Below, one piece after another: positions 8,418 through 17,790 of a stretch of 32,000 bases of DNA. Source of the stretch: Pseudomonadota bacterium (GTDB lineage: Bacteria; Pseudomonadota; Alphaproteobacteria; Caulobacterales; Hyphomonadaceae); assembly GCA_039033955.1 (NCBI GenBank), contig JBCCBQ010000001.1, positions 120,190-152,189 on the forward strand. Direction: 5' to 3'. The notes below the pieces were generated by a model. It did not search any database. It saw only the letters and a program-made list of their open reading frames with translations, and was not told where the DNA came from. Position 1 is the stretch's first letter; the number at the start of each line of letters is the position of its first letter. The translations under genes and the position numbers were made by a program.

Positions 8418-9638
8418 ATGGCTTATGGCGACACCGCTCAGCTTGACGCATTCCGGGCCGAGGCCCGGAGCTGGCTCGAAGAAAACTGCCCGGAATCGAT
8501 GCGCTCACCGATGGCAGGCGACGCCGACGTAATATGGGGTGGGCGTAAGCAGGAGTTCCAGAACCCCGACGCAAAGCTCTGGTTAGAGCGCATGGGTGAC
8601 AAGGGATGGACAGCCCCCGAATGGCCAGCCGAATATGGCGGAGGCGGACTGTCAAAAGCGGAAGCTCGGATCCTGCAGGAAGAATTAGGGCGCATCAAAG
8701 CGCGCCCGGCGCTCCTATCTTTTGGCATATGGATGTTCGGTCCCGCACTGATGGAATTCGGCAATGAAGAGCAGAAAAAGCGCTTCATTCCGGACATCGT
8801 GAAAGGCGAGACGAGGTGGTGTCAGGGCTATTCGGAGCCGGGCGCGGGCTCCGATCTCGCCGGGCTTCAAACCAAATGCGAAGACAAGGGCGATCATTAT
8901 TTGATCAACGGTCAGAAGGTGTGGACGTCTTATGCCAATCATGCCGACTGGATCTTCTGCCTGGTCCGTACAGACACAAGCGAGAAGCATAATGGCATCA
9001 GCTTCATCGTCTTCGATATGGAGACCGAGGGTGTGGAGACCCGGCCGATCAAGCTGATCTCAGGATCATCTCCCTTCTGCGAAACCTTTTTCAACGATGT
9101 GAAGGTGCCGAAGGAGCAGATGGTCGGCGAACTGAACAAGGGCTGGACGATTGCCAAGCGCCTACTCCAGTTCGAGCGGCAGTCTATCTCCGCCGGTGGG
9201 TTCGGATCGACGAGTGCGGGTGCAGGCGGGATCGGCGTCCAGGATATCGCCAAGCACCATCTCGGGACGACCGGGGATGGAGCGCTGAGCGATGGTGACC
9301 TCCGTGCGCGGATCACGAAGCATATGATGTACGACAAGGCCTTTGGGCTCACCGTGCGCCGCGGCACCGAAGAAGCCAAAGCTGGCAACGATATCGGCGC
9401 AACGACATCGATCCTGAAATACTGCGCCGCGAAGCTAAACCAGGAAAAGACCGAGCTGACCGTAGAAGCTCTGGGAACCGAGGGGCTTGGTTGGTCAGGT
9501 GATGGTTTCGACAAGCGCGCCATCGGGGCTACGCGGGCGATGCTCCGCGCCAAGGGCAACTCGATTGAGGGCGGAACGTCTGAGGTGAACCTCAACGTCA
9601 TCGCTAAGCGCGTGCTTGGCCTGCGGGAGCACCAATAG
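8418..9638 (+). CDS. Acyl-CoA dehydrogenase family protein (putative catalytic subunit)
   Basis: 406 aa. WCQGYSEPGAGSDLAGLQT and INGQKVWTSYANHADW are present. The C-terminal SIEGGTSEVNLNVIAKR carries a Glu at the usual catalytic-base position. Confidence 0.9.
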   Translation: MAYGDTAQLDAFRAEARSWLEENCPESMRSPMAGDADVIWGGRKQEFQNPDAKLWLERMGDKGWTAPEWPAEYGGGGLSKAEARILQEELGRIKARPALLSFGIWMFGPALMEFGNEEQKKRFIPDIVKGETRWCQGYSEPGAGSDLAGLQTKCEDKGDHYLINGQKVWTSYANHADWIFCLVRTDTSEKHNGISFIVFDMETEGVETRPIKLISGSSPFCETFFNDVKVPKEQMVGELNKGWTIAKRLLQFERQSISAGGFGSTSAGAGGIGVQDIAKHHLGTTGDGALSDGDLRARITKHMMYDKAFGLTVRRGTEEAKAGNDIGATTSILKYCAAKLNQEKTELTVEALGTEGLGWSGDGFDKRAIGATRAMLRAKGNSIEGGTSEVNLNVIAKRVLGLREHQ

Positions 9639-10250
9639 GTGACCAGACTCGAATTCTTCTTCGAGTTCGCATCAACCTACTCCTACCCAGCAGCCATGCG
9701 AATTGAAGCATTGGCTACGCAGTACGAGGTGGATGTCACCTGGACGCCATTCCTTCTTGGACCCTTGTTCCACGAACAACAGGGGTTGCGAGATAGTCCG
9801 TTCAATGTGGTGCCAGAGAAGGGTCGTTATATGTGGCGCGATATGGAGCGGATTTGTGCCACAGAGGAATTGCCGTTCCGCCGTCCAAAGACTTTTCCGC
9901 AGAACGGCCTGCTGGCAGCTCGCTTCGCTGTGTCGCTGCTTCAGCGAGAACGCTCGACCTTCGCAAAAGCCGTTTATCGAGCGAACTTCGCCGACGGTCT
10001 AGATATTTCTGACGTAGCCGTGCTGGCTGAACTGGCAGACCTTAGCATTGAAGACGTAACAACCCGCTCGGAAGATTCCGACACCAAACAGAAGCTTCGA
10101 GAGAATACTGAGCGCGCAAAAGCCTATGGAATTTTCGGCGCTCCGAGTTTCGTAACGGCTGACCAGGAACTTTTTTGGGGAAACGACCGCATCGAACAAG
10201 CTTTGGCGTGGGCATGCTCCGCTGCGGAACGAAAAACAGAATTAGCGTAG
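9639..10250 (+). CDS. 2-hydroxychromene-2-carboxylate isomerase/DsbA-like thioredoxin-fold family protein
   Basis: 203 aa. Its GTG start immediately abuts the upstream TAG stop. The N-terminus is FFFEFASTYSYPA and the C-terminus is FGAPSFV..ELFWGNDRIEQAL, typical of HCCA isomerase-type DsbA proteins. Confidence 0.85.
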   Translation: MTRLEFFFEFASTYSYPAAMRIEALATQYEVDVTWTPFLLGPLFHEQQGLRDSPFNVVPEKGRYMWRDMERICATEELPFRRPKTFPQNGLLAARFAVSLLQRERSTFAKAVYRANFADGLDISDVAVLAELADLSIEDVTTRSEDSDTKQKLRENTERAKAYGIFGAPSFVTADQELFWGNDRIEQALAWACSAAERKTELA

Positions 10251-10263
10251 GAACATAATCATC

Positions 10264-11394
10264 ATGACCTTCCTTCTTACAGAAGACCAACAAATGCTGC
10301 GCGACACTGCGCTAGCCTTCGCGCGAGACGAACTTCCAACGACGCATTTTCGGGCTTTGCGAGATGCTGGTGCAAATGGTGTTGATCAGGAAACGCGAAA
10401 GAAGCTGGCGGAACTCGGCTTCTTCGGGGTGATTATACCGGACGAGCCCGGAGGCGAGCATTTCGGCCTCGTGGGTCTTGGTCAGATTTTAGAAGCGCAG
10501 GGCCGAACGCTCGCTGCGACGCCACTTTTGCAAACGGCGCTTATTGCAGCCTCTGCCCTACAGCTCTCAGGTGATGACGCGCTGGCGGGTGAATGGTTGC
10601 CAAAAATCGTGACAGGGGAGGTCACCTTCGCCCTGGCGCTGGACGAAGGGGCCCATCACGCGCCAACAAATATCGCCACGACTGCAACTGAAGCAGATGG
10701 AAATATGATTCTGAGCGGAGCCAAGCGCTTTGTTCCCGATGCCCACCATGCCGATATGTTTATCGTGGTGGCCCGCAGCGGCGGCAAGCCCGGCGACGAG
10801 GACGGTCTGACTCTCTGCCTCATTCCGCGCGACGCAGAGGGTGTGAGTGTCCAGACCTTGAACACACTCGACGCTCACGGCGCAGCACATGTTTCGTTCG
10901 AAAACGCAACCACTGTCGCAGTGCTAGGAGATGTCGGGAAGGGCTGGACGATCCTCGACCCTGTTCTTGACCGAGCGCGCATCGGGCTCGCTGCGGAGAT
11001 GCTTGGCAGCGCAAGCGCGGCGTTCGAGATGACCTTGGAGTATCTCCAGACACGTAAACAGTTTGGCCAACTGATTGGCTCATTCCAGGCATTGCAGCAT
11101 CGTGCCGCGCTTATGTTCACCGAGCTGGAGCTAACGCGCTCAGCGGTCGCGGGCGCTCTGTCTGCTGTCGATGCTGGACGTGACGATGTGCCAGCCTTGG
11201 CAAGCCTCGCTAAATCTCGCGCCGGCGAAACGCTCCATTTGGTCTCTAATGAGACGGTTCAGATGCATGGCGGCATCGGGATGACTGATGAGCATGATTC
11301 GGGTCTTTATCTTAAACGTGCACGGGTCGCTGAAGCGCTTTATGGCGGTGAGAGTTTCCACCGTGATCGTTACGCCAGCTTACACGGCTTCTAG
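10264..11394 (+). CDS. Acyl-CoA dehydrogenase family protein (possibly a non-catalytic partner subunit)
   Basis: 376 aa with the ACAD fold pattern (FGVIIPDEPGG, ILSGAKRFVPDAHHADMF, FQALQHRAA, VQMHGGIGMTDEH). The C-terminal motif is ALYGGESF, with Tyr/Gly where the catalytic Glu normally sits. Confidence 0.85.
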   Translation: MTFLLTEDQQMLRDTALAFARDELPTTHFRALRDAGANGVDQETRKKLAELGFFGVIIPDEPGGEHFGLVGLGQILEAQGRTLAATPLLQTALIAASALQLSGDDALAGEWLPKIVTGEVTFALALDEGAHHAPTNIATTATEADGNMILSGAKRFVPDAHHADMFIVVARSGGKPGDEDGLTLCLIPRDAEGVSVQTLNTLDAHGAAHVSFENATTVAVLGDVGKGWTILDPVLDRARIGLAAEMLGSASAAFEMTLEYLQTRKQFGQLIGSFQALQHRAALMFTELELTRSAVAGALSAVDAGRDDVPALASLAKSRAGETLHLVSNETVQMHGGIGMTDEHDSGLYLKRARVAEALYGGESFHRDRYASLHGF

Positions 11395-11493
11395 GCCATC
11401 ACTCAGAGTTACTCTTGTCGATCGAGGTCCAGGTCTCTAGACAACGGGCCGTTAGCTGTCCGCGCGCCCTGCGGGCGTTTGCAGAGTGTTTGA

Positions 11494-13581
11494 GTGCGCA
11501 GATATCTAATCATAATCTTTCTAGGGGCTTTGGCACTGTTCCTGTCTGCTTGCGGCCGGGGCGAAACCTCAGAGAAACGCGAATTGGCTGTGGAGAGCAC
11601 TGACGTCGCTGCAGTCCCAACCGAGCCACTCATAAAGCCATGGGGCTATCCTCTTGACGCGTTCGACCGATCGACGCGTCCGGGCGATGACTTCTTCATT
11701 TATGCGAATGGCGGCTGGCTGGCATCGGCGACAATCCCGTCCGACAGTTCGGGAACGGGTTTCTCTGTAGATATGCGCAACCGCACGCGCGATCGCCTGG
11801 CAAATATTATATCCGACATTGAGACAGGGTACGCGGCAAAGGGAACGCCAGAGCAGAGAATTCGCGATCTCTATAAAAGCTTCATGGATGAGGCACGTAT
11901 TGAAATAGCGACGCTGACGCCCTTCGAGGAACACCTTGATCGCTTGAAACGAGCGGAGACGCACGAAGATATCGCGGCCGCGATGGCGGACCCGGAAATG
12001 GGAATTGCATCCATCTTTGAGGCGGGTGTGGGCATCAACCCGAAACAGCCCAAGGAACACATTCTGCGTATCGGTCATGGCAGGCTCGGTTTGCCAGACC
12101 GAACTTATTATCTTCTGGAAAGTCGCCGACTTGAGGCAATACGCTCAGAGTATATCGACCACATAGACATTGTGCTGACCTTATTGGGTGAGCAGGGCAC
12201 CGGTCCACGCGCCGAGGCCGTATTCGAACTAGAGCTTGAAATGGCAAAGCGCCATTGGACGAGAGCAGACAGGCGCAATGCAGAACTAACGTTTAACCCA
12301 ATGACCGTGGCGGAGCTCGAAGAGTTCGCTCCCGGCTTCCCCTGGTCATCCATGTTGGGCGTCGAAGGGATGTCGGCGACAACAAATGTGCTTGTGCGCG
12401 AAAAGTCCGCATTCCCCGAACTCGCCAACTTGTTTGAAGACACCCCGATCAGTCAATGGCGCGACTATTCGCTGTTTCACTACGTAATGGCCAATGCGGT
12501 TTATATGCCGCGGAAATTCTCGGACCCAAGCTTCGGCTTCTTTCGACGGACCCTGCATGGTCAAGTCCAGCCACGGGCACGCCGATGGCGAGCGATCAGT
12601 TTCGTCGACAATCGCCTCGGCCAGGAAATTGGCAAGCTCTATGTCGACCGCTACTTCCCGGAAGACTCCAAACGTCAGATGGCGGAAATATTCCAGAATG
12701 TGAAGTCGGCATATCGAAACCGCATCGAAGGGTTGGACTGGATGACTGCTGAAACCAAGCAGTCAGCGCTGGCCAAGCTGGACGCTATGACGGGGCAGAT
12801 TGGGTATCCTGAAATTTGGCGCGACTATTCCGGAGTAGAGATAAGTGCGTACGATTTGTTTGGGAATGTACGTCGCCTGCGCGCGGCCGATCATGCTTTC
12901 AACCTCGGTAAGCTGGGTGAGCCGGTGGAACAGGGCGAGTGGTCGAGAAATCCGCAAACGGTGAATGCCTCCTACAGCCGGACGCGCAATGAGGCTTTTA
13001 TTCCGGCAGGCTACATTCAGTCCCCCATGTTTGATCCCAATGCCGACCCTGCCTTGAACTATGGGGCCATTGGGTCGGTTGTTGGTCACGAGATTGCACA
13101 CGGATTCGACGATCAGGGTTCCCGATATGGCGCCGATGGACGGCTTGAGGACTGGTGGACACCAGAGGATCGCGCAGCTTTCGATGAACAGGGTGAACGT
13201 TTAGTGGCTCAATTTAACACCTATGAGCCATTGCCCGGCCTCAGAGTGAATGGACGCCAGACATTGGGCGAGAATATTGGCGATTTGGCAGGCGTTACGG
13301 TCGCATACCATGCCTACGTTCTTTCATTGGATGGTCAGAAGGCTCCTGAGATTGACGGGTTCAGCGGTGAACAACGTTTCTTTCTCGGCCGCGCGCAGGC
13401 CCGTCGTTACAAGCGAACAGAGCAGGGCCTTCGGAAGCGTATTCTCTCACAAGTCCACAGTCCGATGGCGTTGAGGGTCAATGGCATCGTTCGAAATATG
13501 GATGAGTGGTACGAAGCTTTCGATATCCAGCCGGACGATGAGTTATACTTAGCACCGGAAGACCGCATCAGGATCTGGTAG
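11494..13581 (+). CDS. M13 family zinc metallopeptidase (PepO/endothelin-converting-enzyme-like), lipoprotein
   Basis: 695 aa with a GTG start. The lipobox is MRRYLIIIFLGALALFLSAC. Zinc motif VVGHEIAHGFDD, downstream GENIGDLAG, and C-terminal ...RIW. Confidence 0.9.
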   Translation: MRRYLIIIFLGALALFLSACGRGETSEKRELAVESTDVAAVPTEPLIKPWGYPLDAFDRSTRPGDDFFIYANGGWLASATIPSDSSGTGFSVDMRNRTRDRLANIISDIETGYAAKGTPEQRIRDLYKSFMDEARIEIATLTPFEEHLDRLKRAETHEDIAAAMADPEMGIASIFEAGVGINPKQPKEHILRIGHGRLGLPDRTYYLLESRRLEAIRSEYIDHIDIVLTLLGEQGTGPRAEAVFELELEMAKRHWTRADRRNAELTFNPMTVAELEEFAPGFPWSSMLGVEGMSATTNVLVREKSAFPELANLFEDTPISQWRDYSLFHYVMANAVYMPRKFSDPSFGFFRRTLHGQVQPRARRWRAISFVDNRLGQEIGKLYVDRYFPEDSKRQMAEIFQNVKSAYRNRIEGLDWMTAETKQSALAKLDAMTGQIGYPEIWRDYSGVEISAYDLFGNVRRLRAADHAFNLGKLGEPVEQGEWSRNPQTVNASYSRTRNEAFIPAGYIQSPMFDPNADPALNYGAIGSVVGHEIAHGFDDQGSRYGADGRLEDWWTPEDRAAFDEQGERLVAQFNTYEPLPGLRVNGRQTLGENIGDLAGVTVAYHAYVLSLDGQKAPEIDGFSGEQRFFLGRAQARRYKRTEQGLRKRILSQVHSPMALRVNGIVRNMDEWYEAFDIQPDDELYLAPEDRIRIW

Positions 13582-13586
13582 CAACT

Positions 13587-13620
13587 AAAAAAGCCGGGCA
13601 ATAAATGCCCGGCTTCATTA
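13587..13620. terminator. Bidirectional rho-independent terminator between convergent genes
   Basis: AAAAA-AGCCGGGCA-ATAAA-TGCCCGGCT-TCATTAATTT. It has a 9-bp GC-rich stem (13592-13600 / 13606-13614) and a 5-nt loop. An A-run on one side and a T-rich tract on the other serve both strands. Confidence 0.7.
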
Positions 13621-13639
13621 ATTTAGTCTGTTTACTGAA

Positions 13640-13981
13640 CTATTTGAAAGCAGCCGACTTCCGGAATTGCTTTGCCAGAAGGTAGTAGAAAACAGCGCGA
13701 TACTTTGGACGCGTAGACTTGCCGTATGTCGCGATCACTTCCTGGATGCCTTCGTCCAGCTTTGGCGTATCTTTAAGGCCAAGCTTCTTGATCAGGAAGT
13801 TCTTCTTGATCCGGTCCAGTTCTTTCGCATCGGATGCAGCGACTTGCGAGGAGTCCTTGTTATAGATGCTCGGCCCGCATGCCTTGGTCACGCCTTCAAG
13901 CAGAGCCTTGTCGACTTTGAGGCCGACTTTCTCAGTCATCTGCTTTGTGTACTTTTCAATCAACTCTTCACGCTTGCTCAT
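13640..13981 (-). CDS. DUF2853 family protein
   Basis: 113 aa behind an AAGGGAG Shine-Dalgarno. The pattern MSKREELIEKY...CGPSIYNKDSS.VA.SD..ELDRIKKNFLIKKLGL...TYGKS.R.KYRAVFYYLLAK matches my recollection of DUF2853. Confidence 0.7.
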   Translation of the reverse strand: MSKREELIEKYTKQMTEKVGLKVDKALLEGVTKACGPSIYNKDSSQVAASDAKELDRIKKNFLIKKLGLKDTPKLDEGIQEVIATYGKSTRPKYRAVFYYLLAKQFRKSAAFK

Positions 13982-14022
13982 TTGGGAAACTCCCTTTCGA
14001 TAATTTCTGGTGCACGCATACT

Positions 14023-14036
14023 TTGATTCGAATCAA
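14023..14036. repeat. Perfect 14-bp palindrome TTGATTCGAATCAA containing two GANTC sites, 42 bp upstream of the DUF2853 start
   Basis: Read directly from the sequence. GATTC is at 14025-14029 and GAATC at 14030-14034. The function (operator or CcrM-methylation site) is only inferred. Confidence 0.5.
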
Positions 14037-14378
14037 CAAACTGGACCGTTGCAGTTCGTGAACGGAAATGGAAGCCCCTAAATGTTGAAGTTGAATTTGG
14101 TTACTGTGTTGTGTTCTCTCCAACACATATTTTGAGACGTCGCGGCTTGGGCCGCTTTGCGAAACAGCAGTAGATATAAATCCGTACAAAGACGAATGGC
14201 TTGCTGTCGTCATAGGGGGGCAGCTACACTCGTGTTGCCATGACAACTGACGGCCAGTTGCCAAGATGCTGGCGAGGAAATGAACTTTATTCAGCAATGG
14301 AGACCAGAGCGGTCTTGGGCCAACAATTCCGTGAGGTCACAAGACAAACCTGTCAAGCCGCGCTATCTGCCAAACGTT

Positions 14379-15674
14379 ATGTCAAAGATTTTTCGTACTA
14401 TCCTGCTTGTGCCTCTGCTTGGCGTTGTTGCGATTGTGGCAACGAGCTGCACGCAACTTGGATTGAACTATGCAAGCTTAGAGGTCGACAACAAACCAGT
14501 TGCCAGACCCGCCTTAGCGCCTGCGTCCGAGGAGGCTTGGAAAACAGACCAGGTTCCAAGGATCCAATCAGAGCTTGAAGACTATATCTTCGGACCTGTT
14601 CCAATCGGGCTGCAAAGCACCGTTGTCTCGCAAACTGTCATCGATAGCGACTTCCTGGGCGGACGAGGTCAGCTTGAGGAGTACGTTATCGAATTGGGTA
14701 ATGGCGAAGACACCATTCAGTTTCATCTGGCTGCAGTTTTTCCGAAGAATGTTGTTGGGCCGTCCCCTCTTATCATCGGTCAGACATTCAGCCGCAATCC
14801 GGAAGTGTTCCGGCAGTATGAGCTGTTTCCCGGACCACAAATGGAAGACCCACCTGCGAACGGTGAGGGTCCCGGCGGCTTTGGTATGGGGCTCGTGACG
14901 TATATTTTCGGATCTTATATTCAGAAAGCGCCGCTCGAGGACTACCTCGACCGCGGTTATGCCTTCGCAAATTTCTACGCTGCGGAGATCGTGCCTGATC
15001 GAGCCGAGGCGGGTCGTGCGGTATTAGACCGTTTTCCGATTACTGAAGACGGTAGACGCCCGACCGGAGCGGTTGCGGCCTGGGCGGCAGGTTACTTTGC
15101 AGCGATTGATGTCCTAGATGCAGACCCACGCATCGATCCATCGCGGACAGCTGTATTTGGTCACTCAAGACACGGTAAGTCTGCGCTGATAGCGGGCGCG
15201 TGGGATGAGCGCATAGAGCTTGTGATTTCACACCAGTCTGGAACAGGAGGTGCGTCGCTCAACCGCCAAAAGCCGGGCGAGACGGTGAAGCAGATAACGC
15301 GAAGTTATCCCCACTGGTTTGATCCGTCATACGCTGACTACGCCGAAAGGGTAGAAGAGTTGCCAATCGACCAACACATGCTGGTTGCGCTGATCGCTCC
15401 AAGGCGTGTCCTGCTTGGCAATGGTCGCCGAGATGTCTGGTCTGATCCAAATGGAGCTTTCAGAGCGGGATTGGGAGCCAATCCGGCTTGGCAGGTCTTC
15501 GGGCGCTCTGGACTGACCCAGTCTGGCTTACGAGATTTCGACGCCAAGGCGGACATTGCATTTCATATTCGGCCGGGCGGACACGGCATTGTTCGGGCAG
15601 ATATTGACGCTTTCCTAGCCTTTTTGGATGCTAGCTTTACATCTGTAGGGGGTATCAACACAGCGGTGCGATAA
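14379..15674 (+). CDS. Alpha/beta hydrolase, glucuronoyl-esterase (CE15)-like, probable lipoprotein
   Basis: The internal ATG at 14379 gives MSKIFRTILLVPLLGVVAIVATSC, a lipobox-like signal. The nucleophile motif is FGHSRHGKSAL, followed by SHQSGTGGASLNR and HIRPGGHG, as in bacterial CE15 enzymes. Confidence 0.65.
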   Translation: MSKIFRTILLVPLLGVVAIVATSCTQLGLNYASLEVDNKPVARPALAPASEEAWKTDQVPRIQSELEDYIFGPVPIGLQSTVVSQTVIDSDFLGGRGQLEEYVIELGNGEDTIQFHLAAVFPKNVVGPSPLIIGQTFSRNPEVFRQYELFPGPQMEDPPANGEGPGGFGMGLVTYIFGSYIQKAPLEDYLDRGYAFANFYAAEIVPDRAEAGRAVLDRFPITEDGRRPTGAVAAWAAGYFAAIDVLDADPRIDPSRTAVFGHSRHGKSALIAGAWDERIELVISHQSGTGGASLNRQKPGETVKQITRSYPHWFDPSYADYAERVEELPIDQHMLVALIAPRRVLLGNGRRDVWSDPNGAFRAGLGANPAWQVFGRSGLTQSGLRDFDAKADIAFHIRPGGHGIVRADIDAFLAFLDASFTSVGGINTAVR

Positions 15675-15698
15675 TTTCACCGGTCGAAAAGGCGAGTA

Positions 15699-16190
15699 AT
15701 GCGAGCGTTCAGTCAATTTGCGGCGCGAGATGCTGCTATTCTGGCAACGACCATTTTTGCGTGGTCGACGCTGGGATCTTTGAGTTTGAATGACGGTCTG
15801 GCCGCCGAGATGGCCGGTGCTGGCCTTGGGCTAGCAGCGGGCATATGCGCCTGGCTCGTTCATGAATGGGGCCATCTGGTTGTCGGCACCGCCGCAGGTG
15901 CCAAGTTTCGCGTGCCCGATCGATTGACGAGCGTGTACCTGTTTGGGTTTGACAAGAATCAGAACTCCAAATCCCAGTTTCTCTTAATGGCCTTGGGTGG
16001 TTTCGTGGCAACGGCCGCATGCGTGTGGTTCAGTTTGACTGCGTTGCCACAGGACTGGATGGCGACCAGCGTCTTACGAGGTCTGTTGCTTCTCCAAGTG
16101 GCGGTGATCGCCCTGCTGGAGTTGCCGGGTTTCTTGGTCGGGCTTGTCGCCTACCATCGCCTTCCGTCCGTTGATGTGCTGGGCGATTAG
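15699..16190 (+). CDS. Hypothetical polytopic membrane protein with an intramembrane HExxH motif (putative zinc metalloprotease-like)
   Basis: 163 aa with about 4 hydrophobic helices. HEWGH lies at the end of helix 2 (AWLVHEWGHLVVG). Family assignment is tentative (DUF3267/M50-like). Confidence 0.4.
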   Translation: MRAFSQFAARDAAILATTIFAWSTLGSLSLNDGLAAEMAGAGLGLAAGICAWLVHEWGHLVVGTAAGAKFRVPDRLTSVYLFGFDKNQNSKSQFLLMALGGFVATAACVWFSLTALPQDWMATSVLRGLLLLQVAVIALLELPGFLVGLVAYHRLPSVDVLGD

Positions 16191-16247
16191 TAATTTTTAA
16201 CAAAGCGCTATAAGCGAACTCCATCATAACAGAGGGAGTGCTGATTT

Positions 16248-16679
16248 ATGACGATTACAGAATTTCTGAGCCCTGTGCTGGCCCTGATCGCCTGGACCAT
16301 GGTGATGCTTCTGTGGCTTTACGCTACCCGAATACCGGCAATGCAGAAAGCGGGCGTTGATCCGCAAGAAGCCGCAGACACGAAAAGCGACTGGAAGAAG
16401 AAGGTGCCGGCTGGAGCGAACTATCCGGCGGACAATTACAACCACCTTATGGAACAGCCCACCGTGTTCTATGCGCTCATGTTGTTTGCAGCAGCAACGG
16501 GTGGCCAGAGCAGTCTCTTAAACATGTTGGCCTGGGGCTATGTAGGTCTTCGGATCGTGCATTCTCTTATTCAGGCGACCTTCAATCGCGTTATGGTGCG
16601 TTTCGCCTTCTTCTTCATCAGCTCGCTCGTTTTGATCGCTATGACGGTGCTGGAGGTGATGCGGGTGTTTCTCTCCTAA
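16248..16679 (+). CDS. MAPEG family membrane protein
   Basis: 143 aa. The four-helix pattern with NHLMEQPTVFYAL and GYVGLRIVHSLI is typical of bacterial MAPEG proteins. Confidence 0.75.
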   Translation: MTITEFLSPVLALIAWTMVMLLWLYATRIPAMQKAGVDPQEAADTKSDWKKKVPAGANYPADNYNHLMEQPTVFYALMLFAAATGGQSSLLNMLAWGYVGLRIVHSLIQATFNRVMVRFAFFFISSLVLIAMTVLEVMRVFLS

Positions 16680-16702
16680 CAAAACCAGTCTAAACGCTCC
16701 GC

Positions 16703-17776
16703 ATGGCCACAGTATCTGAAACCCGCCTTTCGCAGGTGATTGATCGCTTCGAAGAAATCGAAGCGCGGATGGGCGTGGCGACCGATACAGATGAAATCGT
16801 ATCCCTGTCGAAAGAGCACGCCGAGCTGAAGCCGGTGGCCGACAAGGCGAGGGAACTGGCGGATGCACGCGCCGGTCTTTTGGAAGCCGAAGCACTTGTG
16901 GCCGGAGACGATCCCGATATGGCGGAGCTTGCGCGCGAGGAGTTGGAAGATCTCCGCGCGCGTCTTCCGGCCTTGGAAGAAGAAGTACAGCTTCTGCTTT
17001 TGCCGAAAGATCAGGACGATTCCGCGAGCATTGTTCTCGAGGTCAGAGCTGGCACCGGCGGCGACGAAGCGGCATTGTTCGCAGGTGACCTGTTTCGCAT
17101 GTACCAGCGCTATGCCCAACTCCAGGGGTGGAAGGTCGATCTTGTATCAGTCACCGATGGTGACGTGGGGGGCTATAAGGAAATCATAGCGAATGTCGAA
17201 GGTGAGGGGGCCTTCGGTCGAATGAAGTGGGAAAGCGGCGTCCACCGTGTTCAGCGCGTTCCCGAGACCGAAAGTGGTGGGCGCATCCACACATCGGCGG
17301 CGACGGTGGCTGTTCTGCCGGCTCCAACAAATATCGAGATAGAGATACGCCAACAAGATCTCCGCATCGATACCTACCGAGCTTCAGGGTCTGGTGGACA
17401 GCACGTAAACAAAACGGACTCCGCCGTCAGAATAACACACATCCCAACAGGTATCGTGACGACCAGTTCTGAGAAGTCCCAGCATGTTAACCGCGACAAG
17501 GCCATGCAACAGCTCAAGGTCCGACTGTACGAGAAAGAGCGGGAGGAAGCAGACTCTGCCCGGGCCGAAGCCCGCAAATCTCAAGTCGGCTCAGGCGATC
17601 GATCGCAAAAAGTGCGGACTTATAATTATCCGGAGAACCGGGTGACCGATCATCGGATCAACCTTACTCTACATGCGCTCGACAAAATTGTCGCGGGAGA
17701 CAAGCTCGATGATGTCGTCGTTGCCTTGATCGCCGAAGATCAGGCCCGCCGTCTCGCCGCCATGGAAGAAAGCTGA
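16703..17776 (+). CDS. prfA: Peptide chain release factor 1
   Basis: 357 aa with the RF1 PxT tripeptide (RVPETES) and the GGQ motif ([23 protein letters not shown]). Confidence 0.95.
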   Translation: MATVSETRLSQVIDRFEEIEARMGVATDTDEIVSLSKEHAELKPVADKARELADARAGLLEAEALVAGDDPDMAELAREELEDLRARLPALEEEVQLLLLPKDQDDSASIVLEVRAGTGGDEAALFAGDLFRMYQRYAQLQGWKVDLVSVTDGDVGGYKEIIANVEGEGAFGRMKWESGVHRVQRVPETESGGRIHTSAATVAVLPAPTNIEIEIRQQDLRIDTYRASGSGGQHVNKTDSAVRITHIPTGIVTTSSEKSQHVNRDKAMQQLKVRLYEKEREEADSARAEARKSQVGSGDRSQKVRTYNYPENRVTDHRINLTLHALDKIVAGDKLDDVVVALIAEDQARRLAAMEES

Positions 17777-17790
17777 GCCAGCCAAGTCAG

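Noticed and set aside
8939-9601. 220-aa minus-strand ORF inside the first ACAD gene
   Set aside because: It has the Ser/Pro/Arg/Ala-rich composition typical of an antisense frame in a GC-rich gene. The opposite strand encodes a motif-rich ACAD.
13600-14400. Lower-GC patch around the DUF2853 gene, considered as possible horizontally acquired DNA
   Set aside because: The drop is modest. It is explained by a Lys-rich small protein plus a long intergenic region, and there are no flanking repeats, tRNA genes or mobility genes.
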